This document shows, one piece after another, positions 25,601 through 38,900 of a stretch of DNA of 64,000 nucleotides. How positions within the stretch are numbered: position 1 is the first letter of the stretch; every line of letters starts with the position of its first letter. Made by a program: the position numbers and the translations under genes. This DNA is from Raja brachyura (Eukaryota): positions 37,944,001 through 38,008,000 of the forward strand of contig OY740790.1 in the NCBI GenBank assembly GCA_963514005.1. The letters run 5' to 3'. Under the pieces are notes generated by a model, which saw nothing but the letters and a program-made list of their open reading frames with translations, made no database searches and was not told where the DNA came from.

Positions 25601-25814
25601 TGCCTAATGTTTGAGATGTCCTGAGGACAGCTCTCTCAATTCTGGAATGAGCTCCCAGATGTGAGTGATCAGGAATTACTATGGTTAATTTGGATTAGTG
25701 TGTCTTTGTCATGTTCAAATCCTATGCGTAGGTTGATTATTTTATTATGGTTTTTCATAATGTTATGGGATGTGCATTTGAGTGGGCATTGAGTATGCCA
25801 CAATATTATTAGTT

Positions 25815-26007
25815 TGGACACAAAATGCTGGAGAAATTCTGTGAGACGGGCAGTATCTCTGGAGAGAAGAAATGGGTGACCTTTCGGGTCGAGACCCGAA
25901 ACGTCACCCATTCCTTCTCTCCAGAAATACTGCCTGTTCCGCTGAGTTACACCAGCATTTTGTGTACATCTTTGATTTAAACCAGCATCTGTAGTTCTTT
26001 CCTACAC
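25815..26007. mobile_element. Fold-back Penelope pLTR pair fused at hammerhead stem II
   Basis: ~75-bp arms centred on GA at 25891-25892; flanked by attattagWttgga (25805-25818 and 26008-26021, one mismatch). Confidence 0.85.
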
Positions 26008-26021
26008 ATTATTAGATTGGA

Positions 26022-26260
26022 ATTACTTATGTGCCAGACTAGATAAAACAGTAGGTTTTCTTTTCTGGGGTATAGAAGTGATCTTGAGGTGTTTTACGTA
26101 ACAATCCAGTAGTCCACATTACTGTTGCTAACTTATTATTCTAGATTTATTAAATTAATTGTATTTACTTCATTAGCTGCTATGGTGACATTTGAACTGG
26201 TTCTCTGAATCATTAGTTCAAGTCCTTGGATTATTAGTAAAGTAACCGCTTGTGCTATTA
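26022..26260 (-). mobile_element. Decayed ancient tRNA-SINE (DeuSINE/SacSINE-like) remnant
   Basis: 'gctgctatggtgacatttgaact...cattagttcaagtccttggattattagt' resembles the reverse of an old shark SINE head. A plus-strand relative lies near 4060-4120. Confidence 0.4.
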
Positions 26261-29200
26261 TACTCATGCATTTTTCATAACCTTTTTGAAGTAATAATAT
26301 GCCATGGGGGATAGCAATGTTTTCACATTGCTAAACAGGGTCACATTATGACTGTCAGCATTAGTAATATTTTTCAATTTGTTCTTAAGCAAATTTCTGC
26401 AAAGATTTTTAATATTCAAGTCTGAGAGGGTAAAGTGTTTATTTTATAAAATAGAGACAGTTCATGTGGTTTGAGCACGTACATGACACAGCAGTGGAAT
26501 GTGCTTGTAAACTTGGTGGACCATGTGACTGTAAACCCCCTTTTAGAGTGGAGAGATTAATATGTATGATGCAGCGCTGCTGAGCTCTTCTCTAATGCAC
26601 AGAAAGCTGTTTTTCATATATTGTAGCCTGGGAAAGCTCTGTACCAGCGAAGGCGTAACTCTATCTCTTTCTGAGTTGTTGCCAAGCAGATGTAGGGTCC
26701 TGGAACCTTCCCAGCAAACTTGACATAGCCAATACTTCTGTGAGCTGGCCTTCATCTCCTCTGTTCACTCAGTTCTATTCAAATGCCTGAAGTGTATAAT
26801 TTATTTTCTGCTGTGGCAGGGAAGCTACAATTTGGTGTCCAATCCTCCTCAATGGCAACCCTGAAATGTTGGAAGCTGCTTTGAATTAACCCCCTCCTGG
26901 AATGCTAAAATTGCTGAGTGTATCATTTTTTCATAGACTGGCATAATGTTAATTTAATTATGAACAATTAAGAGCCGAATGCTAGCTGAATGCTAGCTAG
27001 AAGGATCATGTCAGTCAGCAGTGGACTAAAATGTAAATGTAAAACACAAATGTACGCATTTTTTAAATTCACTACTTTTTAAGGGATTTTGACAATGTTA
27101 CTGACCAAATATATTGCTGAAGTCACTGAAAGAAAGACAGAGTAATTCAGATGCCAAACACTTCTTGTTCCAGGACTGCTAATAATATTTTCTTTGATCC
27201 TTCAGGCATTTTAGCCCCACCCCCACTAATTGATTTCACTCCTGACTTCATAAGGCCCAGGCTGTATATAACTCTAAGCTTTGATGTCCCGATGTTTTGA
27301 GATTCCTCAGATATTGCAGTCTTCCTAGGCCCTACTTATATCAGAATTCCCAATCCTCCAAGGACGCATTCACCCTGAGGCTATATTCTCCTTGCATCCA
27401 GCTTCATACAATCTCAATTACAAACCCCTGCCATTCACTAGCCATTCAATTGGCCCATACCTTCAAGTGTGCATTTTTTTTTTCTCACCTGCCTGCATTC
27501 TAACTCATGGACAACCCAGATTTTTTTGCAATCTGCAGCTCCCTCCAAATCATCCCCACCCTAAGCACTATTTCCCTCCCTCAGAGCCTTCCTCCTCTAT
27601 CCACCTATTTTCTATCCCAGCAACGTGACCGCCTCATCTCTCCCAACAATCTGGCCTCGTTTTCAAGCAGCATGTTTATGATTTCAGTGGGAGCTGCAGT
27701 ACAATTGAAATGAGCAACAGTGGTCCCAGGACTGAAACATTTAGGCCAGACAGTGTTTGATTAAACTCCCAACGATGTGCGATCCAGTTGTTTGGAACTC
27801 TTGATGGTTTGGAACCTTGATCTCTCATTAGTGCAGAATGAGATCAGGGGATGAGATTGCAGATGGGGTATGTAGGCAGAGCCAGCAGTTCTGAGGATGG
27901 CAGGGGCTTGGGCTGAACTGGTAGCTGGTGTGCATTTTTAGCCATGATTGGGTTCTGACGTATGGACCGTATGCTGGAACCGGTGTTCGAAATGATTGTA
28001 TGTTTCCTGCACTTCTCAAATTCACTAGGTTCACTGGAAAATGTATTAAAAGAAGGAACGTCCAATAGCCCAGAAAATCAGATGGTGCAGCGTGTCCAAA
28101 GTCTCAAGAAATGTACTGCAATGTTAAATAGGACTGCGCAATCAACTGTTGTTGAACCGAATAGGCAAGTATTTATTTCATCATTACTTGACCCCAGATG
28201 CACACTGGAAATAATTAGCTATTCATAACAGTTGCCAGTTGTTAGTGTTCAGAATGAAATGTGCCTTTTGTCACAAGATTTTGGTAAGTTTGCCCAGTGA
28301 TATTCCCAAACATTGCAAGTTGCTTTAATTATAGATCAACAGTGTGAAGGATTAATTAGTAGACCTACTGACCTTAGCTCTAAGAAAAGGGAGAGTGAAT
28401 TGCTTGGTTTGGTTTATCTATCGGAGGCTGATTATATTCTCTCTCTTGTCACTCTAGAACTCTCAGTGCAAATATTTCTAAATTGCAGTAGTTTTGCGGC
28501 AACCAACAATTCATTAACACTATAGCTATAAAGCTGTCAGAAACAGTGGATGTTCATCCCTCATTCCCAGGCTGGATTTACACTCAGACCTCTGGTGTAG
28601 AACTGGTATCATAATTCATGTCTTAAATCAATTCACTGTCTAATCCTTTCAAAAATTAACATTTTCTAGCCTGTTGGTATTAGCAAAATATTCTAGCACT
28701 GAACAGTCATTCAAAATCCTGTGCTCTAATTACTGCACTGAATGATTTGGTCATTTTTCATAATGTATATCTTTACCAATCAAAAACAAAATCTATAAGC
28801 AAGCTATTTTCTTTGGTGTTCTCCAAGCAAAACTGAACACACACATTCTGCAGCATGGATTTATGGTTTTCTTTACTGATCTGTTTCCTTCTTTTACCTT
28901 GGCTTAGTGATTTCAGGGAAGCCAGAACCAGTGTTCTGGATTAGGAGGCAAGGGCACAGAATGATCCAGAAGAGAACATGTGTTATACGTTGGAGCAGTC
29001 TAGTTATGTAAAAAAAATATGTCGTTCAGTATTGGGCTGTTTCTTGATTTGACAACCAGTGTTTAACACAACACTGTACACTTTACAGGTAAAGATATCC
29101 ACGGAGGAAATTTGAATGAAGCATAACTTGGGGAGGAGATGACAAGGGCTCCTTTCTTGCCCCCTGTGCACTCACTTCTGGGCAAGTGCTCCTGCAGTGG

Positions 29201-29355
29201 AAATTCACCCTTTTGAGTTTCTTTTCATAAACAAGTGTACTTTACAGTTGCAAATAAATGATGCAGTATTCCTCATATGAAGATGAAAACTAATTACTTT
29301 TGGGGTCTTCTATTCTCAAGCTTTGTTACACATTAACGATCTCTTCATATCGGAT

Positions 29356-29492
29356 GATCAAGTAATATGTGATAGGACCAGAATTAGGCTATTTGGCCCA
29401 TCAAGTGTACTCCACCATTCAATCATGGCTAATCTATTTCTCCCTCCTAACCCCATTCTCCTGCCTCCCCCCCCCATAACTCCTGACACCCG
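29356..29492 (-). mobile_element. CR1 LINE 3' end fragment
   Basis: 'gataggaccagaattaggctatttggcccatcaagtgtactccaccattcaatcatggct...aaccccattctcctgcct' is a typical CR1 3' UTR in reverse. Confidence 0.7.
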
Positions 29493-30183
29493 TGGAAACC
29501 TCCATGCCATCATTGCTCTTTAATATCTCATGGACCATTCGTTTGCAAAGTCAGTTACCTGTTGAATAGAGAATTGTTTTAGTCCTAAAGCTCTGAGCAG
29601 GCTATCCTCATGTATTTTCTAAGTTGCTGGAAGGACGTTGAAACATTGTCTTGAGCTATCAATACCCAAATAAGAACGTTTAACGTTTGACATAACTGTA
29701 ATTAAATCTAAAAAGGCAATAGTTTTCAGGGGAATCTGAATTATGCTTTCACTGTAATTTTATCAATGAGCATTATGCAATTCATTAGTCTTTTTGATAT
29801 ATTTATGTTGTTAATTGTCATCTGGCAGTAACTATGTGTTTTTTAGAAATAACTGCAATAATCAGATGTTAATATCTCCATGAATCTCACTTGAGATTTT
29901 AAATTGATCAATATTAATATTTTAATAATATTTTTAGCAAAATCTTTCAAAGATTGGCAACCATTTTAATGGCGTATATCCATTGAAATACATTGTCATT
30001 CATTTGAGTGTTAAATCCCTATCAAATAACAACCAAGGATGGCTATTAAATGCTGCTTGTCAGCAATGCTCACATCCTTGAAAGCATAAAGTCATGTTAC
30101 TTTTTGGTATTTTATTATAATTAGCTTCCAACCAAATATTTCACAGCATTAATGTAAAGAGAACGTTGAATGCAGAAAATACA

Positions 30184-31243
30184 TTAAAACAACTGCACAT
30201 GAATATAAAAAGAGAAAGACGGGAATTCTAGATGAATGCTTGAATAAACACCCAAACACGGAAAAATTAATATCATACATTTATAATATTTTATTAGAAA
30301 ATGATATACCCAATACGGAAAAGTACAGACAACTATGGGAAAATGAAATAGGTGAAACAATCGAACCCGATATCTGGGAGGAAAGTTTACGATATATACA
30401 TAATTGTTCATTAAATTCTAGACACTCTCTGATACAATTCAAAGTTTTACATAGATTGCATTTTTCAAAATCTAAATTACATAGAATGTTTTCTAATGTA
30501 TCTCCTATATGTGACAAATGCCAATACCCAGAAGCTAATTTAACACATTCTTTTACAACTTGTATAAAAATTACGAATTTTTGGTTGAAAATATTTAAGG
30601 TAATCTCGAATGTTGTAAATAAGAATTTAGTTCCAGACTCAAAATTAATAATATTGGGAATTTTAGAAAGGGATCAATTACTCACGACAGCACAAAGAAC
30701 TTTCATAGATTATAGTTTAATAATTGGTAAAAAATTAATTTTACAATTTTGGAAAGGCCCCATACCCCCTACAATCAAATTGTGGATTTCAGGAATGGCT
30801 GAGACTTTACACTTGGAAAGAATAAGACTTGCACTTTTAGGCAAGTTGGACCAATTTAATCTGATTTGGTCTCCATTCCTTGAATATCTTAAGGGACCAA
30901 TATGACTCTGTTTGTGGACCTGATCGAGACCTGAACGAAGGATTGAACGAAGAATAATACATTATTGATCACGGATATATTATTATATAAATTCTGTTTG
31001 TAGAATATACCACTGTTATTTTATTTACTTTTCTCTTTTGGTTACTTTATAACTATTTTTATGTTAACCATTTTTCACACTTTCCTACTTTTCACTAAAA
31101 AAACTACAATAAAATGTTTAGAAGTATATATAAGAAAATATGGTAATTATTACCTATCTCTTTAACAAGAACGTTGTTCTTATATGTACTTATATTTGTA
31201 CTTACACTTGTACTTATACTTCTAATAAAAAAAATTATTCACA
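30184..31243 (+). mobile_element. 5'-truncated L1-clade LINE (ORF2 C-terminus, 3' UTR, poly-A) with 16-bp TSD
   Basis: Open frame to 30905 with the Cys-rich motif 'CDKC....ANLTHSF..C'; AATAAA/A-run at 31224-31234; gaatgcagaaaataca at 30168-30183 and 31244-31259. Confidence 0.9.
30240..30905 (+). pseudogene. L1 ORF2 C-terminal (zinc-knuckle/zf-RVT-like) fragment
   Basis: 221-aa ORF clearly homologous to the ORFs at 46574-47392, 46274-46519 and 57035-57340. Confidence 0.88.
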
Positions 31244-31736
31244 GAATGCAGAAAATACAAAACAGAAGAAAAGCAAATTGGACAATTTAGCAATAGACGG
31301 TATTGATTTTACATTAAGATGGGCTTCCAGAGCCAATCTGCACCAGCCTGTTGGGTTCCTGCCAATTATTTATTTTTCAAACCGCATGGCATGTTTTAAG
31401 TTCCACATGCTATCCTTCTCCCAAGAATGGCTGTAATAGGGTGTGGAAATGATAGCTGGCAAACGAAGGGAGGGTGTCTCTTCCTGCCCTTCCATGTTAA
31501 TGGAAGTGGAAGGGAGAGTGTTTAAAAACATTAATACTACAAATAATTTGAAAACCATCATTTTAACAGTCCTCTTTATAATGGATTTTGGTTATAGCGG
31601 ATGGACTTACCGATGGCTGCCCAAGCCACCCCCTGCTCACTCCACTCCATTGGTTCCAATCATCCATGCGTCTCCTCTGACCACCAGCAGACTGGGGCCA
31701 TCAACTCACCTAGATTTTAGGCCCAGTTCCAATTGA

Positions 31737-31867
31737 GAGTCTGAAGATGGGTCTCGATCTGAAACATCACCTGTCCATGTTCCACAGAGATGCTGCCTGA
31801 CCTGCTGAGTTACTCCGGAACTTTGTGCCCTTTTGTGAATTAATCAGCAACTGCAGTTGTTGGTTTC
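31737..31867 (+). mobile_element. Penelope pLTR unit with a decayed hammerhead motif
   Basis: ctgaaga-t-gggtctcgatct-gaaacatcacc at 31741-31771, followed by the pLTR body and tail. Confidence 0.8.
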
Positions 31868-31876
31868 AGCTACTTA

Positions 31877-32988
31877 TCTACACATACCTAAAACTCTAAT
31901 CTTGTGGTCTTTCGGTTTGCGCGGTTTTTCTATTTTTAGCGGTACGATTTTTCGTCAGGTTACTCACCGTTCTTCTGTGCTGCGAGTGCAACACGTTTTG
32001 TTCCAATCGGTGGTATATTGTAAAAGTTATTGAGGTTTAAAAATCTTAAAAACTGCGCGTGCACAGATTCCTTCAGTCAGCGCCATGCAGATTGGTCTCT
32101 TCTCCTGTCAGTCAATGCCACGGCCGGGATGGTGACACCCCTTCCTGCCCCACCGCTGTGGCCTGTCCCGCCTCACTCACAAACTCCTGTCTCCCCTCTT
32201 CACAGTAACTTGTCTATCGTCACCCCCACCACCGGCGGCAGCCGCTGGGGCAGGGGGATTCAGTGGAGGCCCAGGTCCCATCTCTCTCCCTCATCACTCA
32301 CCCCACTACCCCGCCAGCCCTCTGCGGCAATGGCGGTCCCGTCCCCCCCGGTCTCCTCTGCCACCACCGTTGCGGTAACTTACACTCACTGCCTTCTCGG
32401 AGGAGATTTTCTCCACCAGTCATCGAAACTCATGGTGCCCACCGTGACGAACATTGACTCCATCCCCCCCTCCTCCCCCCCCTCCCCCCCCCTCCCCCCC
32501 GCCCGGCGGTGGCAGCGAGCAGGTGGGCGGGTGGGCAGAGCAGGGCAAGGATGGACCGAGCGGCAGCAGCGGGCAGGCAGGATGCGGACGGACTGAGTGA
32601 TGACTGAGCTGGAATGGGCAGAGGGAGGGAGGGTGAGTCAGGTTGCATGGTGGCTGATTAGTTTGCGCGGAGCTGCTGCTTTTTATGGATGGAGGGAGGG
32701 AGTGACTCGGGGTTGGGGAAAGGAGAGGTGAGGAAGGGATTGGGGGAGGGGAGGAGAAGAGGGGAAAGACGAGGGTGAAGAGGAGGTGGAGGGTGTGCTG
32801 GGGGATGAGGGGAAGTGAGCCGTGCCTGCGCAGTTGGGGACTATGCGTGAGTGGTGCAATATTACATTGGGGGGGATGGGTTGCATTGGGAGAACGGGTG
32901 AGTGGTGGAATATTGCACTAGGGAATGGGTTGCGTTGGGGGACCAGGCCTCCCGTGTCACAGGCACCCAATGGGTCGCACTTAGTCTG
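31877..32988 (+). mobile_element. Non-autonomous Helitron-like element
   Basis: Begins A|TCTACACATAC-TAAAACTC and ends with a small hairpin (accc-aat-gggt, 32965-32975) followed by ttagtctg|t (degenerate CTAG). GC-rich interior, no TSD or TIR. Confidence 0.6.
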
Positions 32989-35900
32989 TACAAAGATAAT
33001 CTCTTACTCGGTTATAGTGGACAATTGGTAGTAACGGACACTTTCCCGCACCCCTCTAAGTTCCGTTATAATGTGGGCTTACTGTAGTGCCAGATTTAAG
33101 TCTATTTTGCATACAAAGCAAGATTTATAATACAAATGTAGAAAGTTAGAATGATTAGACATGATTTGATTGAAAATATCTAGATATTAAGAGAAACTGA
33201 TTGAGTGGATTGAGAAAACTATTTTGCTGGATGGGGAGTATGTTCTAAAAATTAGAACCTGCCTTTTCAGGAAAACAAGGAAACACTTGAGGATGAGAAA
33301 TGTTGAACTCTTACAAACAACATTTGAATAAATCCCTTAATGGCATTTTTAATTTAAACTTTGTTCAAAGAGGAGACATTCTCGATGGCATAGTTGCCTT
33401 AAATTCCCTCAAAGGCAGGAATAGAATCGTAGTTTCTGGTGGACCTGACTTTAACAGGTTGTGTGCCAATCTAAAATTAAAAAGGCAGCCAAAATAAAGG
33501 GGTGCAGCTGAAGGTGACTACTTATAAATGCAGTAAATTGTGATTCTCTGTGAGGAAACCAGATATTATTTATGACTGTGTTTAACTATGCAATCTGCAG
33601 GAGGGTTCTAATGATAGATTTTACCGAAGGTCAATTGTACATGGTTTGGGTCCAGGTTCTTTTTCTTGATTAACTTTAATCAAAGCGCATGAATTCCATG
33701 ACCCCAATAAAGCAATTTTTCTGACAAATGAAGACTGGCTTAACAAGGCTGGCCCATCTTAGCCAAACCAAAGCTGAGGTAAAGTGATGTTTGAAGCCTC
33801 ATTAAAGGCCTCAGCATGAAGTCCAAGGAGGGGGAAGGGGAGAACGATGAAACGGTGCGCTGTAAAAATAGCCCTTCTTTAAATTTAATCAGACAAATTA
33901 TATGCAACCCAGTAGCTACCCTGGGAATGGCTTAAACTCAATAGATGAAAGGGCTTCAAAAGGACCTAAAAGAACAGTCAGATGGGGGGGGGGGGGGGGG
34001 AGGGAAATCTGAAAGAAGAAGAGCTCTAATTTACACGAAGGCATGGTACCTGCAACGACCATATCATGCCTGTGAAAAACTATGGGATAATATTAAATGC
34101 TGAAACGCAAGGCTTGTCATGATTTGAAGATAATGTCACTCAAGCTGATTTATCAGGATTATTCAAACATATGCATTCAATTATACATGGAGTAATGTGA
34201 TGTTGTTGTGTTTCTTTTGTATGTCTAATCCTATTTGTTTTAAGCTTAATGTGAATGGACCCCTAAAAATTAATTAACAGGCAAATAAAAGGTATTTTCC
34301 TTTTGCTGATTCTCTTGAGAGAGTTTTTGTGAGGTTAGACTTTTCGATATGACGCAGGGGACAGAGCATTCATGATTGCAACTAAAGACCTCATGGCCAT
34401 CTAGACCAGGTAATCATTGTATTACCGTCCTTGTTCAAAAATCTACCAATATATCTTTGGAAAGTTTGCAGGTCGTATGAAGGCTCATTTGGTCTATTCA
34501 AAATTGGAAGGAAGAAAATAAGGTGAAAACTTATGGTTGACCCTGTGCTTTTCAAACAATTTGCTCAGGTCACTTCCTCCCCATCTTTTGCAATTTAGTT
34601 TATCATCCACTCATTTTGTGAATGTAGCTATTTGGTCCAGCAGCCACATGGTCCAGCAATGGACAATCTGCTTCCTGTAGCAGATGATTCTATATGTATA
34701 GAACCTTGATCATGTTTGCAGCTACCTGAAACGAAATATCGGTTAATTGAAGCAAATTATGTCAGACATTCATCAGTACTACAAACTGCACTCTTAAATG
34801 TTTGGAAGGAAGCAAGTTCATTGTTGCTCTTCGAAGACAGTGGAAAAACTATTGACTGATTTATATTCAAATCTTTAACAGCTCTTCTGATGATGCAGCC
34901 TGTCCATGTTGCTCAGAGTGGAAAAAATACCACGGGACGCAGATTTAACATTTTATCTTAAACTATAAGAAAATGTGATAATATACTTTGTTTTGAGCAT
35001 TATTCGGATCTGGAATTATATGTGTGAAAGAGTGCCTTCAAAAGAGGCACTTGAGAGAATAGAGTTTGCAATGTCTACCATGAGCTGGTGTAGACTTAAT
35101 GAATGGCTTTGTTCTGTGCAGCAACAATTATTTGAAAGAACATTTTAAGTTTTTGGTCATAACAACATCGCTTTTCCATTGTTAACATTGAAAGATGTGC
35201 CTAACTTTATTAAATTTGTCTATGCCTCCTTGCTAGTTGGATAAGACACCTTCCTCTTTTAATTATCAAACAGGATTTTCTTCTTGGCCCACCTATCAGC
35301 AGAATTCAATGGCAACAAGGCGAATAATGATCATTACAGATGATCATACAGTAGGGTACATGAGATTTGTCTGGTTGAGCCTTAATGATGAAAGCTGAGC
35401 TTGGGAAAAGAAAAGGTGGAAAAGAAACAAATTGATATTGATTCGGAATACATATAGTGGAGGAGCTGATGTCACAGTTGTATAATTCTGTAATCCGGTT
35501 AGAAAACCTGTAGCATTTCTGTTAATTAATTAATGGGTTACAAGTTTCTTATACAGGAATAAATATATTTCTCCTTCAAGAATTTCCATCAACTTGTCAA
35601 TACATCATAGCACCAAGTTGTCAAGACCAAAACATTCAAATATACTTTCAAAGAATTATTAAGGCACAGAAGGACGCCATTCACCTAATCGAGTGTATGC
35701 CAGCGCATGGTAGACCCAACAGATTTTACTCTCTCAAGTTGGCTGTTTAGGTAATTTTGAAGGCACTGGTTCGCACAATTATTGTCAGAAGTCACTCTGC
35801 ACCCAGCTCTCACACAATACCAGATATTAGCATTGCATCTCTACCATTTAGTGACTGTGGAGAAAGACTGAACTAGTCTTGTCTATGAATGATGTCACTG

Positions 35901-38900
35901 ACTTGGCAAACTGCTCAGGAATCAGCTGCTTGCAAACCAAGTATGGTCAAAGCCACCCAGAGTGGAGAATGTGCGTCACAATTTATGAATATTGGGTCTG
36001 TTACTTGGCTTATCAACTGAAAAGCCAACGTGTATGAACTGTGTTTTCATTGTTTCTTTTGGATGCAACCACAGCAAGCAGGCCTTTAATCGAATTCTTC
36101 TCCATTATGTTTTTGTGTGAAGATGTTTTGCTTTTGTCAGCCATGGGATTCGCCATGGGACCTGCATTTCCTCTGTAAGGATGTTCTGTGGGATGGTTCT
36201 GACAGTGTAGTTCTGCTGTAAATCTAGCATTCTTTAACATCAGTAGAATATTTGTTAGGTTTTTTGCATATTACCAATTATAGAACCTCAGAATATGATG
36301 CATTATTGTAAAGATTTGTGCCCAAGACCTAGCACAATGAGAAAAGCTAAAAATAGAAACTTTATTTGCATCATTGTGGTATAATTGTAATTTAACTATT
36401 TCCATTACTATCAGTGTTATGATTTTAATCAATGTACTTTCAAGGTATTTTCCCTTGTGATAATACTAATTTGGTAAAATTAACAGCGAACTATATAAAT
36501 CTTTGTTTGCAAGAAGGTCATAACTATACCAGTTGTTTGTTATGATAGAGCAGCAAACATTATTTGTGGTTTGCTTCTTTCAAGTTCAAAAGTTTTATTC
36601 TCTTGCTGTGAAACAAGAATGATTATATTTTTAACCCACTCTGTGAAAGGATACTTTTGTATAGGGCTTTATTAACTAAATCAACACATTAGACCATGAT
36701 GGAAGAATGTGTAAAATTAGTTACGTAGCAGCTCTAATATACAACAAGAAACTTCAGGAGTAACTGGTTAAACATCACATTAGTGGTATAATTATTATAT
36801 TAATTCTATTGTCAATTAAAATGGATTAAAAAATACATGGTCAATCTAATCGTATCACATTTTGATTTATTAAAAATAGATTGTGGCCTTGGGTATGACC
36901 CAGACTCTTTATGTGGGAGCAGATTCATCCAAGAAAAGAATTAGGAATTTTTAAAAATGACTTTTTTGAGTAAAGACAGTTACAAATTAGATATAAATTC
37001 AACTAATATGCCATTAAAGGACCTACCATTAATTCAGTAACTGTTGTTTCCACTCGAGTCCGTCAAAGGATTTAGTGTTAGACTCAGTATCAGACTCAAA
37101 GTATAAAGTTGTTATACATCCTCTTAACTTTAAAACGTCCTGCAACCAACACAGACTTATGAAAGCATCATCAAAGCAGGCTATCCTGCATTTCTTTAAT
37201 ATGATGATGTCATTTTAAAATGTTGATGCTTACCAAAATTAACTTTGAGTCCATGCTTCCTTTGTTCACTGCCCTCCATATAACTGCAATTTTTCAAACA
37301 GAGGCAGTAGTGTTTCAGGGAGTTCATCTTATCCTTATTAAATATCCTGTCATAAAAATAGGTTCTGATAAAGGGCATGAGGTAGAAAGTAACTATGTGC
37401 ATTTGTCTCAAATAATACAACACCACCAACCAAGGTAAAACGGATGTAATCTCTCCCAGTTTCACATATTTGGCTGCTCTGGTTTTTCTACTTTCAATTT
37501 AACCATTTAATCAAATATAATTGAATTTACAATTTGTGTGAGTTGGAAAATCTCTTTTATTTACTAAAAAGTGAATGTGCAACTGGGCAATCCATTTTCA
37601 TTACTCTGCTCAGCACCATTCACTATCCAACTAATCAAAAGATCCTACATCTTGATAAGTACAAATTTACTTAGTCCTTTGACATGCAATGTCAACTTTA
37701 CAATCAAACATACAACTGATCTTGTCCAGTTTTATTTTAGTCATATGTCAAACCAAGTATTGAGCTCAATTGATGGTCACCATGAATATCTTCTTTGGCC
37801 TCATAGTGGGATGATGAAGGTACAGTTATTGTTGGCAGCCTACAAGGTTATAATAATTTGTGCAAAAGTTAAACAAAAACATAATAATCGTGAAGAAAAA
37901 TTATAATGTTGTGAAATGTCCAGTTGTTCTAACGCAAGAAAACTTGGTCCAGTGTTGAGTATCCTTGTGTGTGCTCCATAAAGACAGACTTTGAAATATC
38001 GCAGGGGTTGTGGTCTTCAGTTATAGTTTTAAATGAGTCGCAAATGATCATGATAACCTGCCGTTGAAAGTGCCTCTGCTCCTTTGAACAAAGCAGTTAC
38101 AACTTTCAGCTATATTGCTGTTAAAGGTTATTTGGCTTTTGGGCAGTTTTTACCGAAACAAATTTAGCTATGCTTTTAAACTCAATCCTCGGAGCTTGCA
38201 GATGAGCATACGTCGCTGATATAGATGTGAAGGATTTGAGCAACAAAGTGATTTGTCCTGTAATCTAGATATATTCACTGTTCACTTTAATTAGTCTGTC
38301 CAAGTAATATGCCTAACATGATTACAGATTGCTTAAGCAGATTAATTAACAGTTTAGAGATAATACTGCTGGCAAGTCTGTATTTGCAGTAGAAAACCAA
38401 CGTTTACTTCTTAAACATGCTCAGTTGAAGCTACCAAAAGAAAACACTGCATGCTAGTTTGTTGCTTAGTGACCCTTATGATTGTTCAAAATATTAATTA
38501 ATAACTTAGTTTGGTGAAGTAAGTAAGCATAAATCAATAGCTTGCAGATTGAAACAACTAAACTTGTTAAGATGATTTCCGTGGAAATAAGGTAATTTTT
38601 GGCCATTCATTTTGAACACTTTGGAAAAAGGTTTTAGAATTCTAAATATTGTGTTATTGTAAATTGTGCACAATTGGAATCAGAAGATCCTAATGCTATA
38701 TTTAGTGAATTACAATCATCCACAATGCCCGTCTGTAATAAGTCAAAGATCTTAAAAAGTAAACGACACTAAAAGCAACTTACAAGGGACTACAAGATTT
38801 TCATATTTAGGACCCCAAGATGTGTTGTTGCAGTTTTTCATGCAAATCAAAAGCCCCAATTCCACCAAAAATTTGAAAAATCATTATTTAGGTAACACTT

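Larger units (their letters stand above)
31567..33084. mobile_element. Old Tigger/pogo-like MITE split by nested insertions
   Basis: Left end cagt-cctctttataatgga (31567-31585); right end tccgttataatgtgggcttactg followed by TA (33062-33086); repeated ggttatagYgga at 31590 and 33010. Confidence 0.5.

Noticed and set aside
26977-26999. gaatgctagct tandem duplication
   Set aside because: An isolated 11-bp slippage-type duplication.
32030-32970. 188-aa and overlapping Pro/Gly-rich ORFs
   Set aside because: They arise from GC-rich low-complexity sequence inside the Helitron-like element and contain no recognisable domain.
33983-34004. Long G homopolymer (similar C runs at about 21774 and 53411)
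   Set aside because: Simple homopolymers whose length is error-prone; no evidence of function.
36125-36185. Possible small exon with a ccatggga repeat (MGFAMGPAFPL)
   Set aside because: Weak donor context and no recognisable product.
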